In this document: piece by piece, positions 1 to 20,144 of the stretch | Layout: the number at the start of each line of letters is the position of its first letter | Position numbering within the stretch: position 1 is the stretch's first letter | Source of the DNA: the human T2T-CHM13v2.0 reference genome, Homo sapiens | Length of the DNA: 64,000 bases | Assembly (NCBI RefSeq): GCF_009914755.1 | Contig: NC_060943.1 | Reading direction: 5' to 3' (one strand) | Position numbers and translations under genes: made by a program | The notes under the pieces: model-generated | The model's database searches: none | What the model was told of the DNA's origin: nothing | The model's input: only the letters and a program-made list of their open reading frames with translations

Positions 1-108
1 AGCCTGGGGCACTGCACTCTCCATCAACATCACTTGCTCAGGGGGTCGTTCTGGACCAGGTCAGTGCCCCCTCTCCATTTTCAACCCTCCTGAAATGCTA
101 AGGAAACA

Positions 109-1148
<1,040 letters not shown>

Positions 1149-1779
1149 TCCCAGGCCCGCCCACCTTACCTTGCTGCTATCTCCCGCTGGGCCTCATTGC
1201 CCTCTCCTGAGCCCCCCGGGGGCAGACCCCTCACCTACTTTTCTCCAAGGGGTCCTTGTCCTGCCTCCATCTTCCCCACTTTGCAACCGAGCCAGCGGTC
1301 CCTCAAGTGCAATCGCATACATGTCCCAAGGTCAGCCGGTGCCCGGGGCGCCCCACCTCCCCCCTCAAACAGAAAGCCTGGGATTCTCCAGCTGCACCTG
1401 CTGCTGGGTGAGTTCCAGCTGCATCCAACCTACCCCCTCCCCAAAGAGCACAAAGACCACCCAGGTGGAGGGAGCAAACCCACCGCCCCTCACTCCAAGC
1501 TAGGAGAGGCCCAGCAGCTAAGGACGACAGAGACAGGGACGGCGACACGGACGGCACAAGCCGCAGGAGGCCCCGGAACCCTCCAGGGGCAGGAACCTCT
1601 GCTAAGTACCGCCCAGGGCAGGACCCCACGAAAGGAGACCCAGCTGCCCATAAACACCCAGGAAGAAGCCAGAACACGTTAACAAAAGCACCCGAAGATC
1701 AGAAGGGAGGGCAGGACCCTCCCCCTCCAGTGCCCGCAGCAAGAAAACCCAGCCCCTGCCCCCGACCAATGAGGGGCAG

Positions 1780-3760
1780 GGTAAGAGGGACCGGGGAGTG
1801 GAGGGAACCTGGGGCCTGGGGCCGGTACCCCGCACACTGGCAAAGACAGATACTGGGCCAAACCCACTTCTTTCCCAGAAAGGAGGGCTGGGGGCTGGGG
1901 AGGGAGGGACCCCGGAGCTGGGGGTCTCTGGGTTGGAAGGGCCCGGAGATGGGAGTCTGGGCAGGGGTCTAGGGTGGTGGCCTGGTGGCAGGGGATCATA
2001 GGATGGGGTGCAGGGGGTAGCAGGGCCCAGGGGAGACAACCTTCTGCAGAGTCCAGGGTCCAGAGCCTGGCAGTGGCGGAGCTGGAGGTGGGTGGTCACT
2101 GAAGTGGGAGGTGGCAGGGCCCAGGGGTCTCTGGCTGAGGTGGGGGTCCGGGGCTGGAGGGGCTGTGGATGGTAGTCTATGATCTGGACTGCAGGGCGGG
2201 CAGGGGGAATCCCTGGAGGGGAGCAGCATGGTTTGAAGGTCTCTGATCCAGATCATGTGCTGAGCCTGGGGGTCTCCGGTGGGGGTCACTGGGTCTGGAG
2301 GCAGCAGGGAGGACGCAGGGAGCAAGGCCTAGGGGTCTTGGCGCACAGGGGTGCGGGTGGGAGTGGCAGGGTCCCTGGATGGTGGGGGAAGAGGGAGGGG
2401 TCTTGTGGTCATGGGTGGGGGTGGAGGAAATAGCACGACCCCTGAAGGGAGGGGTCCTGGAGTTCAGGAGTCATAGGTTGGGGGTTACGGACTGAGGTGG
2501 TGAGGACTGGGGACGGGGGGTCTCAGGTGAGGGCGGAGAAGTCTCTCCATCCTGGGATGCAGGGGTGACACACTTGAGTGTAGTGGGGTCCCAGGGGGCC
2601 CCGGGAGTAGAGAGTGGAAGGGCAGTGGGCAGGGGTGAAGGACCTGGGGAAGGAGGGGTCCTGGAGAGTCCCTGGGTACAGGGACGGAGGGGTCACCAGT
2701 AGGGGTCCCAGGGGGAGAGGGGCGGCAGGCAAGGGTGCAGGGCCTGGGGATGGAGGGGTCCTGAGGATCCCCGGGTATAGGGATGGAGGGGTGTGGCATG
2801 TGGGGTCATGGGTCCTAGAAACAGTGGGTTGGGGTCCTGGGAATGGAGGAGCAGATAGGGGTACACGTCCCAGGGTTGGAGGGTCACAGGAGTCCCAGGG
2901 GTGGTGGGTGGGGGTGCAGGGCCAGGGCATGGAGGGGACCCAGGGATGCAGGCCAGGTGGGGTCCAGGGATGGAGGGGCCTGGGGTGTAGGCAGGGGTTC
3001 CAGCCGGAGGTGGAGGGGCCCAGGGATCTGGGGGCAGAGGTGTCTGGGGACCTGGGGTGCAGGGAGGGGTGAGGTCCAGGGATGGAGCGTCCTGGGGATG
3101 GAAGAATGGAGGGTCCTAGGGTGCAGGCGGGGGGTGGAGGGCCCTGAGGATGGGGTATTCAGGGTTCTGGGGTGCGGGCTGGGTGGGGTTTGAGGATGGA
3201 GGGGCCCAGGGGCTCCAAGTGCAGGCCGAGTTGGAGGGTCCCAGGAACGGAGGGTACCGGAGTGCAGGCTGGGTGGGTCCAGGGACGGAGGAGAGCAGGG
3301 GTCCCAGGGGTACAGGGCCTGGGATCCCGGGGAACAGGCTGGGGGCGCAAGCCAGAGGTGGAGGATCCAGGGGGGCCTGGGGATGGAGGGGTGCAGAGGC
3401 CCAGAGTGCAGGCCTGGTGGGGTCTGGGGACAGAGAGGTGCAGAGGCAGGGACAGAGGGGTGCAGAGCCCAGGGAACTGGGTGGAGTCTAGGGATGGAAG
3501 GGTGCAGGCCCCGGGGTGCAGGCCGGGTCGGTTTCAGGACCGGAGGGGTGCAGGGGTCCCAGGGACAGAGGGGTGCAGGGCCTCAGGTGCAGGCCCCGGG
3601 GTGCAGGCCGAGTTGGGTTCGGAGCCTGAGGATGCAGGGGTGCAGGGGTCCCGGGGACAGAGGGGTGCAGGGCTCGGGGATGGAGGGGTGCGGGGGTCTC
3701 GGGGACAGAGGGGTGCAGGGCCTCAGGTGCAGGGCCCGGGCAGCAGGCTGGGTGGGTCGG
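1780..3760 (+). repeat. G-rich low-complexity / degenerate repeat in BTBD2 intron 1
   Basis: Recurrent GGGGTGCAGG, GGGATGGAGGGG and GGGGTCC motifs; strong G skew on the + strand. Confidence 0.8.
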
Positions 3761-4035
3761 GGCCAGGGCTGGCGGGGTCGGGGCGCCCACCTGTGCGCGG
3801 GGATGCGCTGCGAGCTGAGCCCCTTGCCCACCAGGAAGTGCACGTCGCACAGCACCTCGTTGTTGAAGAGGAAGGCGAAGCGCTCCTGCACGGTGGGCTT
3901 GCTGGCCTGCCAGTTGTACGCGGCCTCGCGCTGCAGCGCCGCCGCCCCCGGGCCCGCCGCCTCCTCCGCCCGCTCCGCGCCCGCGGCCTGCGCGTCTGTC
4001 CCGGGGCCCGGCGGGGCGGGCGGCGTCGGCCCAGG

Positions 4036-4071
<36 letters not shown>

Positions 4072-4230
4072 CGCGTTGCCGGGGGCCGGGGTGGCGGCGG
4101 CGTTGGCGCTGGGCCCGGGACTGCCCCCCGTGCCCGGGCCGACCCCGACCCCCGGCGGGCACGACGCACGCCCGCCGCTCCCACCCGCCGCCATTTTGTG
4201 GCTGCGGCGTGGGCGGGGGAGGGGAGGAGG
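3750..4230 (-). promoter_or_regulatory. BTBD2: BTBD2 CpG island / promoter-proximal region, with a YY1-type motif over the start codon
   Basis: Dense CpG/GGC content across exon 1. GCCGCCATTTTG at 4187-4198 matches the YY1 consensus. GC-box-like GGGCGGGG just upstream. Confidence 0.75.
3791..4194 (-). CDS. BTBD2: BTBD2 coding exon 1 (N-terminal Ala/Pro/Gly-rich region and start of the BTB domain); the gene continues off the left edge
   Basis: Translates [15 protein letters not shown]...A13...[40 protein letters not shown](R), the BTBD2 N-terminus. ATG at 4194 in AAAATGG context; donor CAG|GTGGG after 3791; 404 nt = 134 codons + 2 nt. Confidence 0.96.
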
Positions 4231-4630
4231 GAAGGAGGGAGGGGAGGAGGGAAGGAGGGAGGGGAAAGGAGGAGAGTAGGGGGAGGAGGGGGAGGAGGGA
4301 GGGGAGGGGAAAAGAGGAGGGAGGGGAAAGGAGGGGAGGAGGGAGGGGAGGGGAAGCGGGAAGGAGGGAGGGGAGGAGAGGGAGGGGAAAGGAGGGGGAA
4401 GGAGGGAGGGGAGGAGAGGGAGGGGAAAGGAGGGGGAAGGAGGGAGGGGAGGAGAGGGAGGGGAAAGGAGGGGGAAGGAGGGAGGGGAGGAGAGGGAGGG
4501 GAAAGGAGGGGGAAGGAGGGAGGGGAGGAGAGGGAGGGGAAAGGAGGGGAGGTGGGAGGGGAGGAGGGAGGGGAGAAGGGAGGTGAATGGGGGAGGCTGT
4601 TGCAGGGGAGGGGACGGGGAGGAGAGGGAA
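4211..4630 (+). repeat. Polypurine (GA-rich) tract containing ~5 copies of a 38-bp tandem repeat
   Basis: Unit GGAGGGAGGGGAGGAGAGGGAGGGGAAAGGAGGGGGAA starts at 4363, 4401, 4439, 4477 and 4515 (last copy partial). Confidence 0.92.
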
Positions 4631-4699
4631 GAGTAGGAGGGGCCTGTAGAGGGGAGGAGCTGGTGGAAGACCTCTTGCTCCACTCCCTAAGCATCCTGA

Positions 4700-4950
4700 C
4701 CTGAAGCCCAGACTCCAGACCGAGGTCCAGAATTTGGGGTCCAGGCACCAGGCCCCAGACTCCAGACCGGGAATCCTAAACCCTGGAGCACAGACCTCAG
4801 TCCGGGATCCCAGGCCTCAGACCTTGAATCCTAGATCCCAGACTCTGAACCCCAGACTTCAGACTCCGGATTCCAGATCCCATACCTCAGACCCGGAACC
4901 CCCAACCCAAAGACCAAGCGCAAACTCCAGACCCCAGACCCCGGACCCAG
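4700..4950 (+). repeat. Degenerate ~7-bp CCAGAC(C/T) tandem repeat
   Basis: Runs such as cccagactccagacc, ccccagacttcagactcc and ctccagaccccagaccccggacc. Confidence 0.7.
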
Positions 4951-5344
4951 GTGGCGGGCCTGCTCCGTGGCGCAGGCTCCGCTGTACAGAGACATAGCCT
5001 GAGGCCGGGAAGCTGCGGATGAGCGAGCAGGATGCAGGCCACGTGCACTGACACTCAGCAGACGCCCAGCACCCTCTCCAGGCCAGGTGTGGGGGGTGGT
5101 CAGTGTGGACGGAGCTGGGACTCCCCCAAAACGCTTACTACATACATAATGTCAAGGTAGACAAATGCCACAAAGATTGAGGAACCAGGTCGGGCGCAGT
5201 GGCTCACGCCTGTAATCCCAGCACTTCAGGAGGCCAAGGCGGGGGGTGCATCACCTAAGGTCAAGAGTTGGAGACCAGCCTGGGCAACATGGCAAAACCC
5301 TGTCTCTACAAAAAATACAAAAATTAGCCAGGCGCGGTGGCTCA

Positions 5345-5685
<341 letters not shown>

Positions 5686-6112
5686 CTACTCAGAAGGCTG
5701 AGACGGAAGCATCACTTGAGCCTGGAAGGTTGAGCTTTTGATGAGCTATGACTCCACCACTGCCCTCCAGCCTGGGCAACAGAGCAAGATCCTGTCTCGA
5801 AAAAAAAAAAAAACAAAGAAGAAAAAGAAAATAGGGTATTAAAAAAACCCAAGTGATAATGCTATTTTCAGTTCTCCAGAGTGGGTGGTTGAGGTAGTTA
5901 CAATTTTTTTTTCTTTTTTCTTTTTTCTTTTTAGAGTCTCCCTCTATTGCCCAGGCTGGGGTGCAGTGATGGCGATCTTGGCTCACTGCAATCTCAGCCT
6001 CCTGGTTCAAGCAATTCTCCCGCCTCAGCCTCCTGAGTAGCTGGGGTTACAGGTACCCGCCACCACGCCTGGCTAAGGCTAATTTTTTTTTGTTTGTTTG
6101 TTTTGTTTTTGA

Positions 6113-6488
<376 letters not shown>

Positions 6489-6799
6489 TAGTAGAGACGG
6501 GGTTTCTCCATGTTGGTCAGGCTGGTCTCGAACTCCCGACCTCAGGTGATCCGCCTGCCTTGGCCTCCCCAAGTGCTGGGATTACAGGCGGGAGCCATCA
6601 CAGCCGGCCTCTAAATGTCAACTTTCTTATCTCTCATCTCATACATTTGCAAAGTGACATCTTTCCAGCCAAATCCTAAAGAGGACATCTGTGCAGTCCC
6701 TTCTAGATGAAGGTGCAGAACAGGCATACCTGCCATGGTGACAGAAATTAACAAAATGGTAGGTTGTCTGAGGAAAGGGTGAACTTTACGGAATGCTGA

Positions 6800-7012
<213 letters not shown>

Positions 7013-7504
7013 TAGTAGAGTCGGGGTTTCATCGTGTTAGCCAGGATGGTCTCTATCTCCTGACCTCGTGATCCGCCCACCTCGGCCTCCTAAAGTGCTG
7101 GGATTACAGATGTGAGCCACCGCGCCTGGACTTTTTTTTTTTTAAAGAGCTGTAGGCCAGCCATGGTAGCTCACGCCTGTAATCCCAGCACTTTCGGAGG
7201 CCGAGGCAGGCAGATTACTTGAGTTCAGGAGTTCGAGACCAGCCTGGCCAACATAGTGAAACCCTGTCTCCACAAAAAAATACAAAATTAACAAGGTGTT
7301 CTGGTGTGTGCCGGTAGTCCCAGCTTTTGGGAGGCTGAAGTGGGAGGATGGCTACAGCTGGGGAGGCTGAGATTGTGCCACTGCACTCCAGCCTGGGCGA
7401 CAAAGTGAGGCCCTGCCTAACACACACGCACGCGTGCGCGCACACACAGGCACACACACACACGGGATCTCACTTTGTCGCCCAGGCTGCTCATGAACTC
7501 CTAG

Positions 7505-7822
<318 letters not shown>

Positions 7823-8243
7823 TGATCTGCCCATCTTGGCCTCCCAAAATACTGGGATTACAGGCGGGAGCCACCGCACCCGGCCCATGTGATTTTGAGA
7901 GGGGTGTGAGTGATACAGGTTCATGCATTTGCCTAAATTAACCAAACTACGCTTAAGATTTGTGCATTCGCTGTAAGTAAACCATACCTCTCACTAGACC
8001 TAAACATATTACGGATGGAGATTATCTATGAAGGCAGAAACATGAGTCCACCTCAGCCCTAGGGCTGGCAAGGGAAGCTTGCGGAGCCTTTTTGTCCTTT
8101 GTCAGTGCTTTTTTTTTTTTTTTTTTTTTTTTTTTGCTTTTTGCTGGCTATTGAGCCAACACCTGCCCCTGGCAGTGCGTTTTGAGCGTTTTTGAGTTTT
8201 CCCCGGGTTTCTGGAACCAATCCCAGCCCTGTCTATGCGGTGA

Positions 8244-8262
8244 TGGCCTCTAGAGGGCGCTC
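8244..8262 (+). promoter_or_regulatory. CTCF-binding motif (forward)
   Basis: TGGCCTCTAGAGGGCGCTC versus consensus TGGCCACCAGGGGGCGCTA, in a unique island between Alus. Confidence 0.65.
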
Positions 8263-8802
8263 GTCACCAAGCTGATTGCTGGATTTCCATTCATTTCCAG
8301 AGAAGTGTGCAGTTCACATAATAGAACCATCCTTGGCCAGGAGGGTGGGATGTCATTTCTTCCCTCCCACGGTCCCCTTTCCTCTTCTCTGACTCCAGGA
8401 CACTCAGGCTGGCTGGCTTTCTTTCTTTGGCTGGCTTGCTTTCTTTCTTGTTCCTTTCTTTCTTTCTTTTTTCCTTCCTTCCTTCCTTCCTTCCTTCTTT
8501 TTTCTGCAAAGTCTCGCTCTATCTTCCAGGGCTGGACTGCAATGGTGCGGTCACAGCTCACTGCAGCCTCCACCTCCTGGGCTCAAGTGATCCTCCCGCC
8601 TCAGCCTCCTGAGTAGCTGGGACCACAGGCGCGCACCACCATGACTAATTTTTTTTTTTTTAAAGAGTCTCTCGCGGCCAGGCGTGGTGGCTCACACCTG
8701 TAATCCTAGCACTTTGAGAGGCTGAAGCAGGAGAATCGCTTGAACCCGGGAGACGGTGTTCAAGACCATCCTGGCTAACACGGTGAAACCCCGTCTCTAC
8801 TA

Positions 8803-9191
<389 letters not shown>

Positions 9192-9621
9192 TGATCCAGC
9201 CACCTCGGCCTCCCAAAGTTCTGGGATTACAGGCGTGAGCCACTGCGCCAGCCAACACTGGGACTCACTCAGGAATATTATGCACACCAGAAAGGCCTGA
9301 TGTGGAAGAAAATATTTAAAGGGTTCACAAAAAAATTTAGAGGGAGCAACTGAAGGAGATTAGAATATGCCATGTCAAAATATGCCACCTTAGGAGCCGG
9401 GCGCAGTGGCTCACGCCTGCAATCCCAGCATTTTGGGAGACTGAAGCAGGTGGATCACCTGAGGTCAGGAGTTTGAGACCAGCTTGGCCAACATGGTGAA
9501 ACCCCATCTCTACTAAAAATACAAAATTAAGGCCAGGCACGGTTGCTCATGCCTGTAATCCCAGCACTTTGGGAGGCCGAGGCAAGCGGATCACGAGGTC
9601 AGATCGAGACCATCCTGGTTA

Positions 9622-10322
<701 letters not shown>

Positions 10323-10594
10323 TTAGTTCCTTACGGCTGTGTCACCTGAACAGTTCTGCCCAGTGAGTTATGAACAGAAGAGGTGTGACTCTTCTAGCCT
10401 ATAGCATTTAATGGCCAGGGCAAGACCCTCCAGAGACCTCTCCTGTGTGCTCCATTGGAGATGGTGGCTGTGAGCCAGGAGTGAGGAGATGTGGGCAGAG
10501 CCACAGCCACCCAGCAAAAGAGCTGGAAAGCAACCTGTGCGTGCTTTATACTTCATTTTTTGTTGTAGTGGTAAATAAAATACACATAATGTAA

Positions 10595-11173
<579 letters not shown>

Positions 11174-11256
11174 TGACTTCCTGGGCTCAAGCAATCCTCT
11201 TGACTCAACCTCCCAAGTAGCTGGGACCACAGGTGCACACCACCACGCACGGCTAA

Positions 11257-11469
<213 letters not shown>

Positions 11470-11494
11470 TAAATGATGCTGCCTGAACACACCC

Positions 11495-13110
<1,616 letters not shown>

Positions 13111-13440
13111 AGGTAGAAATAAGCATGACACAGGCTGCGCTCTGGCCCACTTCTTTGGTGCTAAAAGACATGGAGCACTGGATTCTGAGCACTTGCATCC
13201 TGTTGTTCCTATAGAAAGGATTTCTGCTGTTAGGACTCTAAGACTGTTTAAGAATTGATTTGGGGTCAGGTGCAGTGGCTCACGGCTGTAATGCCAGCAG
13301 TTTGGGAGGCTGAGGCAGGAGGATCACGAGGTCAGGAGATCGAGACCATCCTGGCTAACACGGTGAAACCCCATCTCTACTAAAAAAATACAAAAAATTA
13401 GCCAGGCGTGGTGGTGGGTGCCTGTAGTCCCAACTACTCA

Positions 13441-13542
<102 letters not shown>

Positions 13543-13665
13543 TCAAAAAAAAAAATTGATTTGGGGTCAGGCACAGTGGCTCATGCCTGTAATCCCAGTG
13601 CTTTGGGAGGTTGAGTCGGGGGATCGCTTGAGCCCAGGGATTCCAGACCACCCTGGGGAACATAG

Positions 13666-13962
<297 letters not shown>

Positions 13963-14631
13963 TGAGCCACCGTGCCCGGCCTTCTTTTTTCTTTCATTCC
14001 TTCCTTCCTCCCTCCCTCCTTCCTCTCTCTCTCCTTCCTTCCTTCCACTCTCTTTCTTTCTATCTTTCTTCTTCCTTTTTTTTTTTTTCTGAGACAGGGT
14101 CTTGCTCTGTCACTCAGGCTGGAGAGCACTGGTACAAACAAGGCTCACTCACTGCAGCCTTGACTTCCTGGGCTCAAGCAATCCTCTTGCCTCAGCCTCC
14201 CAAGTAGCTGGGACCACAGGGGCACACCACCACGCCCGGCTAATTTTTTTTTATTTTTTGTAGAGATGGGGTTTCACCATGTTGCCCAGGCTGGCCTCAA
14301 ACTCCTGGGCTCAAGTGATCCTCCCACCTTGGCCTCCCAAAGTGCTGGGATTACAGGCGCGAGCCATCGCGCCCGGCCTCTACAAATAATCTTAAACATT
14401 AGCTGGAAGTGGTGTCATGCCTCTGTGGCTTCAGCTACTTCAGAAGCTAAGGTGGGAGGATTGGTTGAGCTGGGGAGGTTGAGGCTGCAGTGAGCTAAGA
14501 GCAGGCCACTGCACTCTACTCTGGGGGACAGAGCCAGACCTTGTCTCAAAAAAAAAAAAAGAAAAAAAAATTGATTACTGGATCTCTGATGTTAGACTCA
14601 TAAAACTTTTTTTTTTTTTTTTTTTTTTTGA

Positions 14632-14945
<314 letters not shown>

Positions 14946-15167
14946 TAAAACGGTTCCTGATACACAGTATACCAAATATATGTCACTTCCTTTATGATAG
15001 GAGGGCAGGAGGAAGGGAGAGAGGAAAAGATAAAGAGAGTGAAGGAGGTTGGGCGCGGTGGCTCACACCTGTAATCCCAGCACTTTGGGAAGCCAGGGCA
15101 GGCGGATCACCTCAGGTCAGGAGTTCGAGACCAGCCTTACCAACATGGTGAAACCCCGTCTCTACTA

Positions 15168-15401
<234 letters not shown>

Positions 15402-15757
15402 TTACAGATGGCCATGGTGAGGCCCAGGTGGAGAGAAGCCCGGGCTCACATGGAAGGTCCGGAGTCCGGAGTCCGGAGTCCAGGTTAGGAGGCACGGCCA
15501 GAGATCGCCGCCCACTCAGCCTCCTGGATTGCACGGTTCAGTTTGATGCACTTTTATTTCCAAGAACAAAGGATAAAGGGACTGTTATTAAATTATACCA
15601 CCAGTGCCCTGCTCAAGCACACACACCAGACACACACACACACCAGACACACACACAGGGCCACAAGTGAAACTGGCCAGGTCTGGCTGGGTGTGGTGGC
15701 TCACACCTCTCATCCCAGCACCTTGGGAGGCCGAAGCAGGTGGATCACCTGAAGTCA

Positions 15758-16048
<291 letters not shown>

Positions 16049-16498
16049 TCAATGCCAACAGCGTGGTTATGACATTGTAATAGACTGTTGCAAAATGTTA
16101 CCACTGGGGGAAACTAGGCAAAGTGCTATTTCTTATAACTGCATGTGTTTCCAATCATTACAGCAAAAAATTCAATTACAAAATATATATATTTTTTGAA
16201 ACATGATCCAAAGTGCAGGGGCGTGATCACAGCTCACTGCAGCCTCAAACTCCTGGGCTCAATCCTCCTCCCTCAGCCTCCTATGTAGCTGGGACCACAG
16301 GCAGGCACCACCACACCTGGCTAATTTTTTATATTTTTAGTAGAGATGGGGTTTCACCATCTTTGCCAGGCTGATCTTGAACTCCTGACCTCGTAATCCA
16401 CCCACCTCGGCCTCCCAAAGTGCTGGGATTACAGGCGTGAGCCACCGCGCCCGGCCGACAAGCCCTCTTTGTTGATGTCTGTATCTTCTGCCATTTCA

Positions 16499-16654
<156 letters not shown>

Positions 16655-17488
16655 TTACAAAAATTAGCTGGGCCTGGTGGCGCACACCTGAGGTCACAGC
16701 TACTCAGGAGACTGAGGTGGGAGGATGATTTGAGCATGGGAGGTCAAGGCTGCAGTGAGCCATGACAGCACCACTGCACTCCAGCCTGGGTGACAGAATG
16801 AGACCTCATCTCAAAAAAAGGGAAACTGAGGCAGGGGAGCGCTGGAGCTGTTGCCCTCACACTTCACGCGGGGAAACTGAGTCTCCCTGGGGGTGGCGGG
16901 ATGAATGTACCCCAGGGCATCTTCCCGAGGCTGCCCACAGACCCCAAGCCCTGCATGGCAGGGAGTGAAATGTTAGCTTGATAGAAGGAATGAAGACAGC
17001 CAGAAATGGAATGAACAGGGCAGGCACCACCGGGGAGTCAGTGAGGTTCCAACCCAGGGGTGCCAGTTCTATCCGGCCACCCAAACCCCAGGTGGGAACA
17101 CTCGTATCAGCGGGACCCCCAGCTCACCCAGGCTTCCCCGACACAGGGAGCTGGCCCTCCCACCCTCCCTTCCTCTCTCCCCAACGCTTACCCCATCCCA
17201 GCTTTGACCAAGGAGGTAGGTCCTTCCTCACGTCTGACTTGATTCCATCACACTTCACTTTAAACAGGTTTCTCATTCTTCAGGGTGAGTCAGAGACCAG
17301 GACAGGCCACAGGGTTGCCTTTGGCAAGGGGACAATTAAAGGCCAGAATGAAAGGGGCTGATCCAGCAGGAGGGATCCCTGTGGTTAGTGACAATGGCAG
17401 GAAGTAAAATTTGTGTGAGTCCTTTTATGCTGCAGAGGGAGGAGAGACATCCTGCTGGCCTTCTCCCAGCCCTGGGGCAATAAATTAG

Positions 17489-17620
<132 letters not shown>

Positions 17621-18269
17621 TGAGTAGCTGGGACTACAGGTTCCCGCCACCACGCCCGGCTAATTTTTTGTATTTTTTTAGTAGAGACGGGGTTTCACTG
17701 TGTTAGCCAGGATGGTCTCGATCTCCTGACCTCGTGATCTGCCAGCCTCGGCCTCCCAAAGTGCTGGGATTACAGGCGTGAGCCACTGCGCCCGGCCCAT
17801 TATTATTATTTTATTGTTTTTTACAATAGAGACGGGGGTCTCACTGTGTTGCCCAGGCTGGTGTCAAACTCCTGGCCTCAAGCGATCCACTGGTCTCAGC
17901 CTCTCAGTGTTGGAATTACAGGCATGAGCCACCGTGCCCGGCCATTATTACTATTATTAATTGAGACAGGGTCTTAGTTTGTTACTAAGTTTGTTACTTA
18001 GTTTGTTACAGGCTGGAGGGCGGTGATATGATCATAGCTCACTGCAGCCTCAAATTCCTGGGTTCAAGGGATCCTCCTGCCTCAGCCTCCCGAGTAGCTG
18101 GAACTACAGGTATGTGCCACCACACCTGGCTAATTTTTGTATTTTTTGTAGAGATACGGGTCTCACTATATTGTCCAGTGTGCTCTTGAACTCCTGGGCT
18201 CAAGCAATCCTCCCACCTCAGCCTCCCAAAGTGCTGGGATTACAGGCGTGAGCCATTGCATCCAGCCTA

Positions 18270-18674
<405 letters not shown>

Positions 18675-18768
18675 TCAAGACCAGCCTGGGCACCATGGCA
18701 AAACCCTGTTTCCACTAAAAATACAAAAATTAGCTGAGTGTGGTGGCGCATGCCTATAATCTCAGCTA

Positions 18769-18876
<108 letters not shown>

Positions 18877-18887
18877 TCAAAAAATAA

Positions 18888-19215
<328 letters not shown>

Positions 19216-19580
19216 TAGCCAGGATGGTCTCGATCTCCTGACCTTGTGATCCACCCGCCTCGGCCTCCCAAAGTGCTGAGATTACAGGCGTGAGCCACCG
19301 CGCCCGGCCACCTCAGCACAATTTTCTTCGTGGTTTTAGCTTTTTCTGGAAAATCGACTTAATCCGCCTACCACAGCCACTCTGCTTCCTGTAAGGCCAC
19401 TTTCCCTGGGTTCAGAGAGAGTCCTCGCTCCTCTAGCGCTGCCTCACTTTGTAGGATTGGCGCTGGCCACACTTCTTACAGAAAGGCTTTTGGGGCCGGG
19501 CACGGTGGCTCACGCCTGTAATCCCAGCACTTTGGGAGGCCGGATCACCTGAGGTTGGGAGTTTGAGCCCAGCCTGGCTA

Positions 19581-19970
<390 letters not shown>

Positions 19971-20009
19971 TTAGCTGGGCGTGATGGCCTGTGCCTGTAA
20001 TCCCAGTCA

Positions 20010-20144
<135 letters not shown>

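Noticed and set aside
1164-1173. Strong minus-strand donor AAG|GTAAGG in BTBD2 intron 1
   Set aside because: No convincing partner acceptor or start site identified; such 9-mers occur by chance.
4195-4683. In-frame Pro/Ser/Leu-rich N-terminal extension of BTBD2 in ORF 3583..4683
   Set aside because: It is the translated purine VNTR with a non-ATG start; the recognised protein begins at ATG 4194.
3172-4704. 510-aa plus-strand ORF and other long ORFs overlapping BTBD2 exon 1
   Set aside because: Gly/Arg/Glu low-complexity translations of G-rich repeats and the antisense of a GC-rich exon; stops are absent for compositional reasons.
15457-15484. GTCCGGA x3, and similar micro-duplications (17975-18010, 30360-30390, 35910-35942)
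   Set aside because: Ordinary slippage duplications with no supporting context.
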